32,000 nt of DNA from Schaalia odontolytica (GTDB lineage Bacteria > Actinomycetota > Actinomycetes > Actinomycetales > Actinomycetaceae). Below, piece by piece: positions 15,976 through 23,370 of this stretch; position 1 is the stretch's first letter, and the number at the start of each line of letters is the position of its first letter. The translations under genes were made by a program, and so were the position numbers. Under the pieces are notes generated by a model that saw only the letters and a list, made by a program, of their open reading frames with translations, had not been told where the DNA came from and searched no databases. Where the stretch lies: positions 2,328,134-2,360,133 of the forward strand of contig NZ_CP040006.1 in assembly GCF_005696695.1 (NCBI RefSeq), in the 5' to 3' direction.

Positions 15976-17664
15976 TCATGGCATCTCCTTGCCGCCCAGG
16001 CAGCGTGCCAGTGAGCGGGCGTTGTGTTCCATCATGTCGATGTAGGTGGGTGCTTGGTCGTCGAGGGTGTCGCCGTACAGGGGGCAGATGTCCACGCCCG
16101 CGTCGGTGGCGGCGGTGCGCAGGGTGGAGCGTGTGCGCGCCAGGTTGGGTTCGAGGAACACCGCGGGGATCGAGGAGTCGGACAGGGTGGCCTGGAGTTT
16201 GATGCGGTCGGCGATGGAGGGTTCGACGCTGGGGTTGGGTGCGACGAAGCCGGCGACAGTGAGCCCGTAGGCGTTGGCCAGGTACGCGTACGCGTCGTTG
16301 GTGGTGACGAGTTTGCGGCGCTCCTCGGGGATGGACGCGATGGTCGAGGCGACGGTGGCGTCGAGTTCGTCGAGGCGCGTCAGGTAGGCGGCTGCGTTGG
16401 CCCGGTAGGTGGCTTCGCCGTCGGGGTCGACGGAGATCAGCGAGTCGCGGATGACACGCACGTACGCTTGGGCGTTGTGGACGTCGTGCCACAGGTGGGG
16501 GTCGATGTCGCCGTGGACGTGCTTGCCGAGGACGGCCTGCGGGAGCATGTACACGTTCGCACCGGGCTCGCCGATGAAGCGGAACGAGGCCTCCCCGGGG
16601 ATCGTCGTGAGGGCGCGGGTGGGCACTTCGATGACGACCTGGTCGAGGTCGGTGCATTCCATGGTCGAGGCGACGGCCGCCGCCGCGCTGGATGCGCCCA
16701 CGCAGGGGGCCGAGGCCTCGTCCCCGCTGAGTGCTCCGGCGTCGGAGGCGAGTTCGACGCGCTTGGTGGTGAGGTTGACGGTGATGTCGGCATGGCCTGC
16801 GGAGAGGACACGGCGGCCTTCGGCGGAGGCGACCTCCTCGGGCGGGGTGCCGACGGCGAAGACGGCGGTGCCTTCCCCGACGCCCACCGGCGTGGCGCCG
16901 GGGGTGGTGCGCAGGTTGGCGCGGAAGTGGACGCGGTACACGCCGGGGGCGGTGAACGCCCAGCTCATGTGCTGGTGGGCGTCGGCGGGCAGCTGCGCGG
17001 TGTCGGTGTCGTATCCGCCTGCGGCGTTGAAGCCGTCCGAGGTCGCGAAGGCGATCTCCGGCTGCCCGAACGACGTGGTGAGGTAGGCGGCGGCCTGGCC
17101 GGGCCCGTCGACGCCGGTGGTCGTCAGGTCGATCTGTGAGGCGCGGGTGGCTCCCATGTCGGCGCCGTCGCCCCACACGCGCATGCCGAGCCACGGGGTG
17201 TCAAGCGCGCGGTCTTCGACGAGGGGAAGGATGGTGGCGCCGTTCTTGGCGGCCTCCTCGGCGACGGAGACGGAGCGCGAGCCAGCGGGCAGGTTGGAGT
17301 CGAGAGCACGGATGAGGGCGTGCTCCTCGAGCATGAGGTAGTTGGAGAAGGCGACGTCCGCGTAGGCAACATCGCGGATGGTGCGCAGGGAGGGCTCCCA
17401 CGAGTGCGGGTCTGCACCGTTGGGCACCATCTGGGTCACGTGGACGCGGTCTCCGGCAACGTTGCGCACGAGGTCGGCGAGGATGCCGGTCGTGGCGACG
17501 ACGCGCAGTTCACCGTCGCTGGAGGGGTTGGGCGCGGGCGCGCAGCCGGCCAGGGTCGCCGTGAGCGCTAACGTCGAGGCAGCGAGCACACACCCACTCC
17601 CCCGCCACCCACGAAAGGGGAGGCGGGGGATGAAGGAGAGTCGGCCTCGTGAATGAGGGGTCAC
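15976..17664 (-). CDS. TroA/ZnuA-like (cluster A-I) metal-binding lipoprotein carrying a roughly 220-240 aa inserted anchored-repeat domain (anchored-repeat ABC substrate-binding protein)
   Basis: Lipobox 'LTATLAGC'. SBP motifs are 'VVATTGILADLV', 'NGADPHSWEPS' and 'GDIDPHLWHD', about 300 aa apart. The C-lobe includes 'LVTTNDAYAYLANAYGL' and 'AVFLEPN'. The insert carries 'TPWLGMRVW', 'AHQHMSWAFTAPGVYRVHFRA' and 'AGHADITV'. Start is probably GTG 17664, overlapping the upstream stop (GTGA). The track ORF extends to 17736. Confidence 0.8.
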   Translation of the reverse strand: MTPHSRGRLSFIPRLPFRGWRGSGCVLAASTLALTATLAGCAPAPNPSSDGELRVVATTGILADLVRNVAGDRVHVTQMVPNGADPHSWEPSLRTIRDVAYADVAFSNYLMLEEHALIRALDSNLPAGSRSVSVAEEAAKNGATILPLVEDRALDTPWLGMRVWGDGADMGATRASQIDLTTTGVDGPGQAAAYLTTSFGQPEIAFATSDGFNAAGGYDTDTAQLPADAHQHMSWAFTAPGVYRVHFRANLRTTPGATPVGVGEGTAVFAVGTPPEEVASAEGRRVLSAGHADITVNLTTKRVELASDAGALSGDEASAPCVGASSAAAAVASTMECTDLDQVVIEVPTRALTTIPGEASFRFIGEPGANVYMLPQAVLGKHVHGDIDPHLWHDVHNAQAYVRVIRDSLISVDPDGEATYRANAAAYLTRLDELDATVASTIASIPEERRKLVTTNDAYAYLANAYGLTVAGFVAPNPSVEPSIADRIKLQATLSDSSIPAVFLEPNLARTRSTLRTAATDAGVDICPLYGDTLDDQAPTYIDMMEHNARSLARCLGGKEMP

Positions 17665-19640
17665 AGCGTTGCGCGCAGGTTGCGGCGACGTCCGATCGCA
17701 CCCACCCACACGCAGGCCGCGCCCGTGAGCGCCCACGTCAGGGAGACGACGGTCAGCGGGATGGTGTCGGCGCCGGTGGTGGCCAGGGAGAGGTCGCAGT
17801 CCTTGCCGGACGCGGTGCGGCCGACGACCTGGGAGACCATGGGTCGCCCGTTGGGGCCGGTCGCGCCGGTAGCCGTGAGGTCGCCGCCCGAGCCGAAGCC
17901 GCTGCCCGCGAGCGCCGCGCCGTTGGGGGTGACGCGCATGGTGATGGTCAGCGTGTAGGTGCCGGGCGCGGTGAACACCCAGTTCTGGTGGGCGTGCGTA
18001 TTGGCGCCGAGCGTGTAGCCGGTGCCCGGGCCGTCGAAGACGTGCTCGCCGACGCCGGAGCCGAGCGCGCCCGCGTTGAAGACGGCGACGCGTCCGGGGC
18101 CCTCAACGGCGTCGAGGGTGAACTGGACGGGGCCGGTCGTGCCGGTGACGATCTCTTCGCGCTGGGAGTTCAGGCCCAGCCACGGCACGCCCGCAATCTG
18201 GGTGGAGGGGATCAGCCAGACGCTCGAGCCGGGGGTGGCAACGAAGCCGAGGTCAGCGGGCGCGGTGATGCGCGCGGCGTCACCGAGGGCGAAGGTCAGG
18301 GACGAGGGGTCGACCCACTGGGCGGGCTGGCTGCGGTCGTCCTTGACGCGGGCGACGAGGGTGCCGTTTTCGATGGCGGGGCCCAGGTCGAAGTGGCCGT
18401 CGGTCGCGTTACCGGAGGCGCCGTCGCCGACGCTCACGGTCAGCGTGGTGCGCGCGGTGTTCGCGGGGGCGTTGTTCGAGGCCAGGGTGGCGGCCTCGGC
18501 CTCTGTGGCCTCGCGGGTGATGCGGGTGGCGACGCAGCGCTCACCGCCGGTCGTGCCGGATGTGGTGCGGGCGCCCGAGGAGAGGGCGGGGTTCGCGCCG
18601 GTCGTCGTGCCGGTGGTGCCGGTCGTTCCCGAGGTCGCGGCGGGGGCCGGGGCACTGGGGGTTCCCGTGGCACCGCCCTCGCCCTGGTCCTGGGCGGCCT
18701 GGTTGTTCGTGGAGCTCACGGAGCCGGGGCCCACGCCGGGGGCGGGGGCGGGCTGCGCCTGGTCGGTCGAGGGGGCCGATCCGGACTCGGCGAGGCACGA
18801 GGCCTCGTCGGCGACGTCGATCGTGTACGTGTGGGCCGCGGACTGGGCGTTGGCGGCGCCGGTGTTCCCGGGGGTCCACGCGCTGGCCTGGACGGTCAGC
18901 GTGTAGCGGCCGGCACGCGTGAAGAGCCAGTTGACGTGCTTGTGGGCGGCGTAGGGCTGGTCGATGTCGTCGCCCTCGGGGGCCAGGTCGAAGCTGCCGT
19001 CATTGGTGACCGCCTTGGTGCCCTCGGTGAAGCTGGAGGTGAAGGCGTAGATGCGGCCGTTGGCGGGACCCGTGTAGGAGATGTGGAAGCGCGCGGCGTC
19101 GTAGCCGCCGGCCGTGACGCCCAGGGTGTCCCAGCCGGGCCACAGGACGGTGGCCTGGTTGTCGCCGGACTGGCCAAGCAGGTACGCGGCGGCGGGAGCG
19201 CCGGTCGCCTGGCTGACGGAGGCGGGGATCTGGGTGAGGGTGGACTTGTTGACGGCCAGCAGCGTCTGTTCGGGCTCGCGCATGACGCCGGAACCCGTCG
19301 CGTCCTCCTTGATGCGCAGGGAGAGTGCGCCGGAGGCATCGGAGGTCAGGTCGAAGATGTCGGCGTGGCCGCGGTCCAGGGTGGCCGTGGTGCCGGCGGG
19401 GGCGGTGCGCATGACTGCGCAGGCGGAAGCGTCGGCCTCGGACGAGGCCGTTGCTGCGTTCGCGGTGTCGGCCTCGGCGGTGGTGGCCTCCTCTGTCGTT
19501 ACCGCGTCCGTGGTGTCGGCGGTGGCCTCGTCGGCGGCGTGTGCCGCTCCGGGCACGAGGAAGGAGGTGGCCGCGAGGGCCATTGCAGCGAAAGCCCGGG
19601 CAGCTGCGCGGCCCGGGTTCCGGTACTTCGTGGGGTTCAT
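17661..19640 (-). CDS. Cell-wall-anchored protein with two 'anchored repeat' domains and an LAxTG sortase signal (ABC-transporter-associated repeat protein)
   Basis: Signal peptide 'AAARAFAAMALAATSFLVPGAAHA'. Repeat 1 has 'RGHADIFDL', 'VLWPGWDT' and 'AHKHVNWLFTRAGRYTLTVQA'. A Thr/Gly/Pro-rich linker follows. Repeat 2 has 'DGHFDLGP', 'VPWLGLNSQ' and 'THAHQNWVFTAPGTYTLTITM'. The C-terminus is 'LATTG', a hydrophobic stretch, then 'RRRN'. Confidence 0.85.
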   Translation of the reverse strand: MNPTKYRNPGRAAARAFAAMALAATSFLVPGAAHAADEATADTTDAVTTEEATTAEADTANAATASSEADASACAVMRTAPAGTTATLDRGHADIFDLTSDASGALSLRIKEDATGSGVMREPEQTLLAVNKSTLTQIPASVSQATGAPAAAYLLGQSGDNQATVLWPGWDTLGVTAGGYDAARFHISYTGPANGRIYAFTSSFTEGTKAVTNDGSFDLAPEGDDIDQPYAAHKHVNWLFTRAGRYTLTVQASAWTPGNTGAANAQSAAHTYTIDVADEASCLAESGSAPSTDQAQPAPAPGVGPGSVSSTNNQAAQDQGEGGATGTPSAPAPAATSGTTGTTGTTTGANPALSSGARTTSGTTGGERCVATRITREATEAEAATLASNNAPANTARTTLTVSVGDGASGNATDGHFDLGPAIENGTLVARVKDDRSQPAQWVDPSSLTFALGDAARITAPADLGFVATPGSSVWLIPSTQIAGVPWLGLNSQREEIVTGTTGPVQFTLDAVEGPGRVAVFNAGALGSGVGEHVFDGPGTGYTLGANTHAHQNWVFTAPGTYTLTITMRVTPNGAALAGSGFGSGGDLTATGATGPNGRPMVSQVVGRTASGKDCDLSLATTGADTIPLTVVSLTWALTGAACVWVGAIGRRRNLRATL

Positions 19641-19677
19641 GAGGGGGTCCTCTAGGTGCTTCGCACGTGTATATGAA

Positions 19678-19692
19678 TGAGAATCGTTATCA
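19678..19692. promoter_or_regulatory. Fur-family (Zur/Fur-like) 7-1-7 operator abutting the putative -10 of the anchored-repeat ABC operon
   Basis: The minus-strand reading 'TGATAAC-G-ATTCTCA' compares with the classical Fur 7-1-7 'TGATAAT-n-ATTATCA' with two mismatches. The extended palindrome AATGA-N9-TCATT spans 19676-19694. It lies 37 nt upstream of ATG 19640. The candidate promoter on the minus strand is TTGCGC (19720-19715), a 17-nt spacer, then TAGAAT (19697-19692). Confidence 0.55.
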
Positions 19693-20214
19693 TTCTATGC
19701 CCGTGGCCCACGCCGCGCAAAGTTCTAGCGCCCGAAACCGTCGATAGCGACCCAAATACTGATGGAGCACCGCTCCCCCACCTCAATAGATGTCGTCATG
19801 CCCCTCGGAGGCCAGGGCCACACACAGGCATTTCATGAACCTGCACGAAACAGCATCAAGATTCCCGAATTTTTGTGATCTGTAGACGAGCAGAGCCGAC
19901 ACAACAGACGAATTGTGACGGCGTGCGCACGTTTGCGCAGGTGGTGTGCACGTAGCCACTTTGCTTTGCAATTGCTTGGTTTTTGATGCGATCTAAATTA
20001 CTGGCCGAACGGTTGATTGAGCTTTTTGGGAGGGATAAACTATAACCATCAAGCGCCTGACAGAGCTGCCAAGCTGGTCTGGCGCTTTTCTTGTTTGAAA
20101 CGCAGGGTCGCGCCGACGCTACCCGCGTTGGCACTCCTCGTTACAGACCGGGTGATCCTCGGCCTCGTCAAGCAGGGAATCAATACACAATACGATCCCA
20201 CAAGGAGTTCACTC

Positions 20215-20313
20215 ATGTTCTCGACCATCGACGTCATGGTTGCCCAGGCCCACATCGATCAGCTCAACGAGCTCGCCGACACCAAGCACCTGGTGAAGGC
20301 CGACCGCCACTGA
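20215..20313 (+). CDS. 32-aa small protein of unknown function (MFSTIDVMVAQAHIDQLNELADTKHLVKADRH)
   Basis: AAGGAG at 20202-20207 lies 7 nt upstream of the ATG. About 28 of 31 sense codons after the ATG end in G/C, matching host coding bias. An intrinsic terminator lies 31 nt after the TGA. The ORF is below the 60-aa cutoff as an independent ORF in the track. Confidence 0.55.
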   Translation: MFSTIDVMVAQAHIDQLNELADTKHLVKADRH

Positions 20314-20344
20314 GCGAATTCCGGCCACGCCGGAGTTCCACGCA

Positions 20345-20378
20345 AGTCCGCAGACCCGCAGGGGCTGCGGACTTTTTG
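20345..20378 (+). terminator. Rho-independent terminator after the 32-codon ORF
   Basis: Stem 'agtccgcag' / 'ctgcggact' with an 11-nt loop, followed by 'ttttg'. Confidence 0.7.
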
Positions 20379-20522
20379 CATACCGCCGCATGCACGCAGC
20401 ACCGCTCCCCCACTTCTCCCTCGGCCAACGCACCACGGGGGTACGCCCATGTAGAGGACACCACGAGGTCCACCTGCGTCGCGGACCCTCGGCGCGGTAC
20501 CGGTGGGCGCGACAGTTACATG

Positions 20523-20585
20523 GGTGGAAAATGCCCTGTCTTTTGGGTGGAAAATGTATACCAAGATTGGTGGAAAATGTATAAT
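20523..20585 (+). repeat. Three direct repeats GGTGGAAAATG(TATA) phased exactly 23 bp apart, overlapping the promoter of the DUF4143 ATPase gene
   Basis: Copies start at 20523, 20546 and 20569. Copies 2 and 3 share 15 nt ('ggtggaaaatgtata'). TATAAT at 20580-20585 overlaps the 3' part of copy 3. AGGAGG lies at 20608-20613 and the ATG at 20619. Confidence 0.7.
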
Positions 20586-20618
20586 TCTCTACATATTTGC
20601 TGATCATAGGAGGTTCAG

Positions 20619-21905
20619 ATGCAAGCTGTACGTCCGGACAACTACCGCCCTCGAGCAATCGACCGGCGTATCGACCAACTGCTGCGATCCTTCGGCGCTG
20701 TTGAAATCGCCGGGCCCAAATGGTGTGGAAAGACCTGGACCTCACTTGCACATGCTGGCAGCGCTGACTTGCTCACTGACCCATCGACGCTATTAGCCGC
20801 TCAGTCCTCCCCCGAACTTGTCCTCTCTGGCGAGCGCCCACACCTCATTGACGAGTGGCAGGAGGTGCCTCAGATCTGGGATATGGTTCGTTCTCGTATC
20901 GATTCGTCCGCGGGTGAACGAGGACAGTTCATCCTCACAGGTTCATCCGCACCACACGATATTGAAACAATCAGGCACAGCGGCGCAGGGCGCATTGCTC
21001 GCGTTCACATGCGGCCAATGACCTCATACGAGGCCGGAGCGACTCCCGGAGGCGTAAGCCTCCGCGATCTTTTTGACGGCAAGGGAATCACTTCGCAACG
21101 ATGCGAAAGCTCTATCGAAAGCGTTGCGCGTTGGTGTTGCCGAGGAGGATGGCCGTCGATTCTTGATCTCGATGACGAAGATGCGTTGGAAACTCCGGCA
21201 CAGTACCTACGCAACCTCATTGAGGTAAACATGCCTCAACTGCGCCGATCTCCAGACACTACACGGTCACTGTTACGCGCTCTCAGTATGAATCTTGCGC
21301 AAGCTCCGACAATGAGCACCCTGGCAAAGGATATGGGCAGCGAAGGTGAAGAAAAGTCGCGTCACACGATTAGGGCCTACCTCGACGACCTCCGCGCAAT
21401 GTACCTACTCGAAGATGTGCCCGGATGGGAACCCGCAGCTCGAGGAAAGAAACGAGTTCGTATCAAGCCCAAGCGCTACTTCGTCGATCCCTCGCTACCT
21501 GCAGCCATGCTCGGTCTATCCCCCAGCAAGCTGCTGCGCGATACTCAGACTCTCGGCGGATTGTTTGAAACTCTCGTCTGCCGTGATCTCCTCACGTTCA
21601 CCGACACACTTCCTGGTGTCGGAAACTCCATCGCCTACTACCGTGACGACAAAGGTCTCGAGGTTGACTTCATCATCGAACTCGCTGACGGCCGCTGGGG
21701 CGCGTTCGAGGTCAAACTATCGTCGATGGGTATTACCGAGCGCGCCGTGGAACGCCTTCGGAGGTTTCATGCGCTCATGACCGGTAACCCTATGGCCCGG
21801 ACTTCCGAGCCCGCTTTTCTTGGTTTCATCGTGGGTCATGGAGAGTTCGCGTACCAACGCGACGACGGTCTGTTTGTACTCCCTTATGCGTGTATCGAGC
21901 CCTAA
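20619..21905 (+). CDS. AAA+ ATPase with C-terminal DUF4143 domain (AAA_14/DUF4143 family)
   Basis: 428 aa. Walker A-like 'GPKWCGKTW', Walker B-like 'HLIDEWQ', and the DUF4143-like C-terminal half ('GGLFETLVCRDLLTF...YYRDDKGLEVDFIIE'). It has a strong SD. Confidence 0.8.
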   Translation: MQAVRPDNYRPRAIDRRIDQLLRSFGAVEIAGPKWCGKTWTSLAHAGSADLLTDPSTLLAAQSSPELVLSGERPHLIDEWQEVPQIWDMVRSRIDSSAGERGQFILTGSSAPHDIETIRHSGAGRIARVHMRPMTSYEAGATPGGVSLRDLFDGKGITSQRCESSIESVARWCCRGGWPSILDLDDEDALETPAQYLRNLIEVNMPQLRRSPDTTRSLLRALSMNLAQAPTMSTLAKDMGSEGEEKSRHTIRAYLDDLRAMYLLEDVPGWEPAARGKKRVRIKPKRYFVDPSLPAAMLGLSPSKLLRDTQTLGGLFETLVCRDLLTFTDTLPGVGNSIAYYRDDKGLEVDFIIELADGRWGAFEVKLSSMGITERAVERLRRFHALMTGNPMARTSEPAFLGFIVGHGEFAYQRDDGLFVLPYACIEP

Positions 21906-21921
21906 TGTTTCACGTGAAACA
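21906..21921. other. parS: parS site (16/16), immediately after the TAA stop of the DUF4143 gene
   Basis: 'tgtttcacgtgaaaca'. It extends to the 18-bp palindrome 'atgtttcacgtgaaacat' at 21905-21922. Confidence 0.85.
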
Positions 21922-22018
21922 TCTGCCCAACCACCGGCCCCGTTACCCCGTATGGCCAGGAAAGTGGCACACTTGACCTATACGGTTCTATGTACCTTCA
22001 TGCAAAGGATGGCATGCC

Positions 22019-23347
22019 TTGACTCAGCCTTCGACCAACGGCGGCACCCCGGCCTCGCCCGGGCGCACGCCCGCGCAGGGAAACCGCCTCGACCCCTGGT
22101 ACGACGTCTACGCAGACCGCGCACACAACCTGCGCGCATCCGAGATTCGAGCTCTGTTCTCCGTCGTGTCGCGCCCCGAGGTCGTCTCCCTCGCAGGCGG
22201 CATGCCGAACCTGAAGGACCTGCCCCTCGATAGGCTCGCGGCGTCCGCGGAGAAGCTCATCCGCAACCACGGCGCGCAGGCCATGCAGTACGGCAGCGGC
22301 CAGGGCTGGGAGGTGCTGCGCGAGCGCATCACCGAGGTCATGGCATATGACGGCATCGTCGGCGCTGACCCAGACGACGTCGTGGTGACGACGGGCAGCC
22401 AGCAGGCACTCGACCTCGTCACGGAACTCTTCGTGAACCCCGGCGACGTCATCCTCGCCGAGGCCCCCTCCTACGTCGGCGCTCTGGGCGTGTTCCGCGC
22501 GCGCCAGGCGGACATCGTGCACGTTCCCATGGATGAGAACGGCATCATTCCCGAGGCCCTGGTGGAGACGATCCGCGACGTGCGCGCCTCGGGCCGCACG
22601 ATCAAGTTCATCTACATCATTCCGAACTACCACAACCCCGCGGGCGTGACGCTGTCCGCCGAACGCCGCCCGATCATCGCCGAGATCTGCCTGCGCGAGC
22701 ACGTTCTGATCGTCGAGGACAACCCCTACGGCCTGCTCGGCTTCCACAACGATCCACTGCCGGCCATCGCCTCGTACAGCCCCGAGGGCGTCGTCTACCT
22801 GGGTTCGTTCTCGAAGATGTTCGCACCCGGCTTCCGCATCGGCTGGGCGTACGCGCCGCACGCGATCCGCGCGAAGCTGGTCCTGGCCCTCGAATCCGCG
22901 ATCCTGTGCCCGTCGATGGTGGGCCAGATGGCGATCGCCGACTACCTGAGCAACTACGACTGGTACGGCCAGGTGAAGTCCTTCCGCTCGATGTACGCGG
23001 AGCGCTGCCGCGCGATGCTGACCTCGCTCGAGGAGTACATGCCGTCGTGCACGTGGACCGTGCCGGACGGCGGCTTCTACACGTGGGTGACCCTGCCCGA
23101 GGGCCTCGACGCGAAGGCCATGCTGCCGCGCGCGGTGCGCGCCCAGGTCGCGTACGTGTCGGGCACAGCGTTCTTCTACGACGGTTCGGGCTCCAACCAC
23201 CTGCGCCTGTCCTTCTGCTACCCCACTCCCGAGGAGATCCGCGAGGGCGTGCGCCGCCTCTCGACGGTCGTCAACGCGGAGAAGGAAATCGTCGACATGT
23301 TCGGTACGGCTTCGGGCAACGAGGCCGGGGCCGGGTCCGATCGCTAA
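22019..23347 (+). CDS. PLP-dependent aminotransferase, fold type I (class I/II; 2-aminoadipate/aromatic aminotransferase-like)
   Basis: 442 aa. Family features include 'SLAGGMPN', 'QYGSGQGWEVLRERI', 'TTGSQQALDL', 'IPNYHNPAGVTLS', the PLP-lysine region 'GSFSKMFAPGFRIGW' and 'HLRLSF'. The track start is TTG; the exact start is uncertain. Confidence 0.85.
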   Translation: MTQPSTNGGTPASPGRTPAQGNRLDPWYDVYADRAHNLRASEIRALFSVVSRPEVVSLAGGMPNLKDLPLDRLAASAEKLIRNHGAQAMQYGSGQGWEVLRERITEVMAYDGIVGADPDDVVVTTGSQQALDLVTELFVNPGDVILAEAPSYVGALGVFRARQADIVHVPMDENGIIPEALVETIRDVRASGRTIKFIYIIPNYHNPAGVTLSAERRPIIAEICLREHVLIVEDNPYGLLGFHNDPLPAIASYSPEGVVYLGSFSKMFAPGFRIGWAYAPHAIRAKLVLALESAILCPSMVGQMAIADYLSNYDWYGQVKSFRSMYAERCRAMLTSLEEYMPSCTWTVPDGGFYTWVTLPEGLDAKAMLPRAVRAQVAYVSGTAFFYDGSGSNHLRLSFCYPTPEEIREGVRRLSTVVNAEKEIVDMFGTASGNEAGAGSDR

Positions 23348-23370
23348 GAGTTACCTGAGGAGACACCCCC

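Noticed and set aside
15980-17194. N-terminal 400 aa of the 852-aa minus-strand track ORF (14636-17194)
   Set aside because: This part overlaps the substrate-binding protein gene in another frame and is Arg/Pro/His-rich. Only the region from 15694 (or at most 15979) downward looks like a real protein.
17649-19655. 668-aa plus-strand ORF (Gly/Arg/Ala-rich) covering the wall-anchored repeat protein locus
   Set aside because: This is an antisense shadow ORF with low-complexity composition. The minus-strand product has a signal peptide, repeat motifs and a sortase signal.
21998-23200. 400-aa minus-strand ORF antisense to the aminotransferase
   Set aside because: It is a shadow ORF. The plus-strand product carries the full set of PLP aminotransferase motifs.
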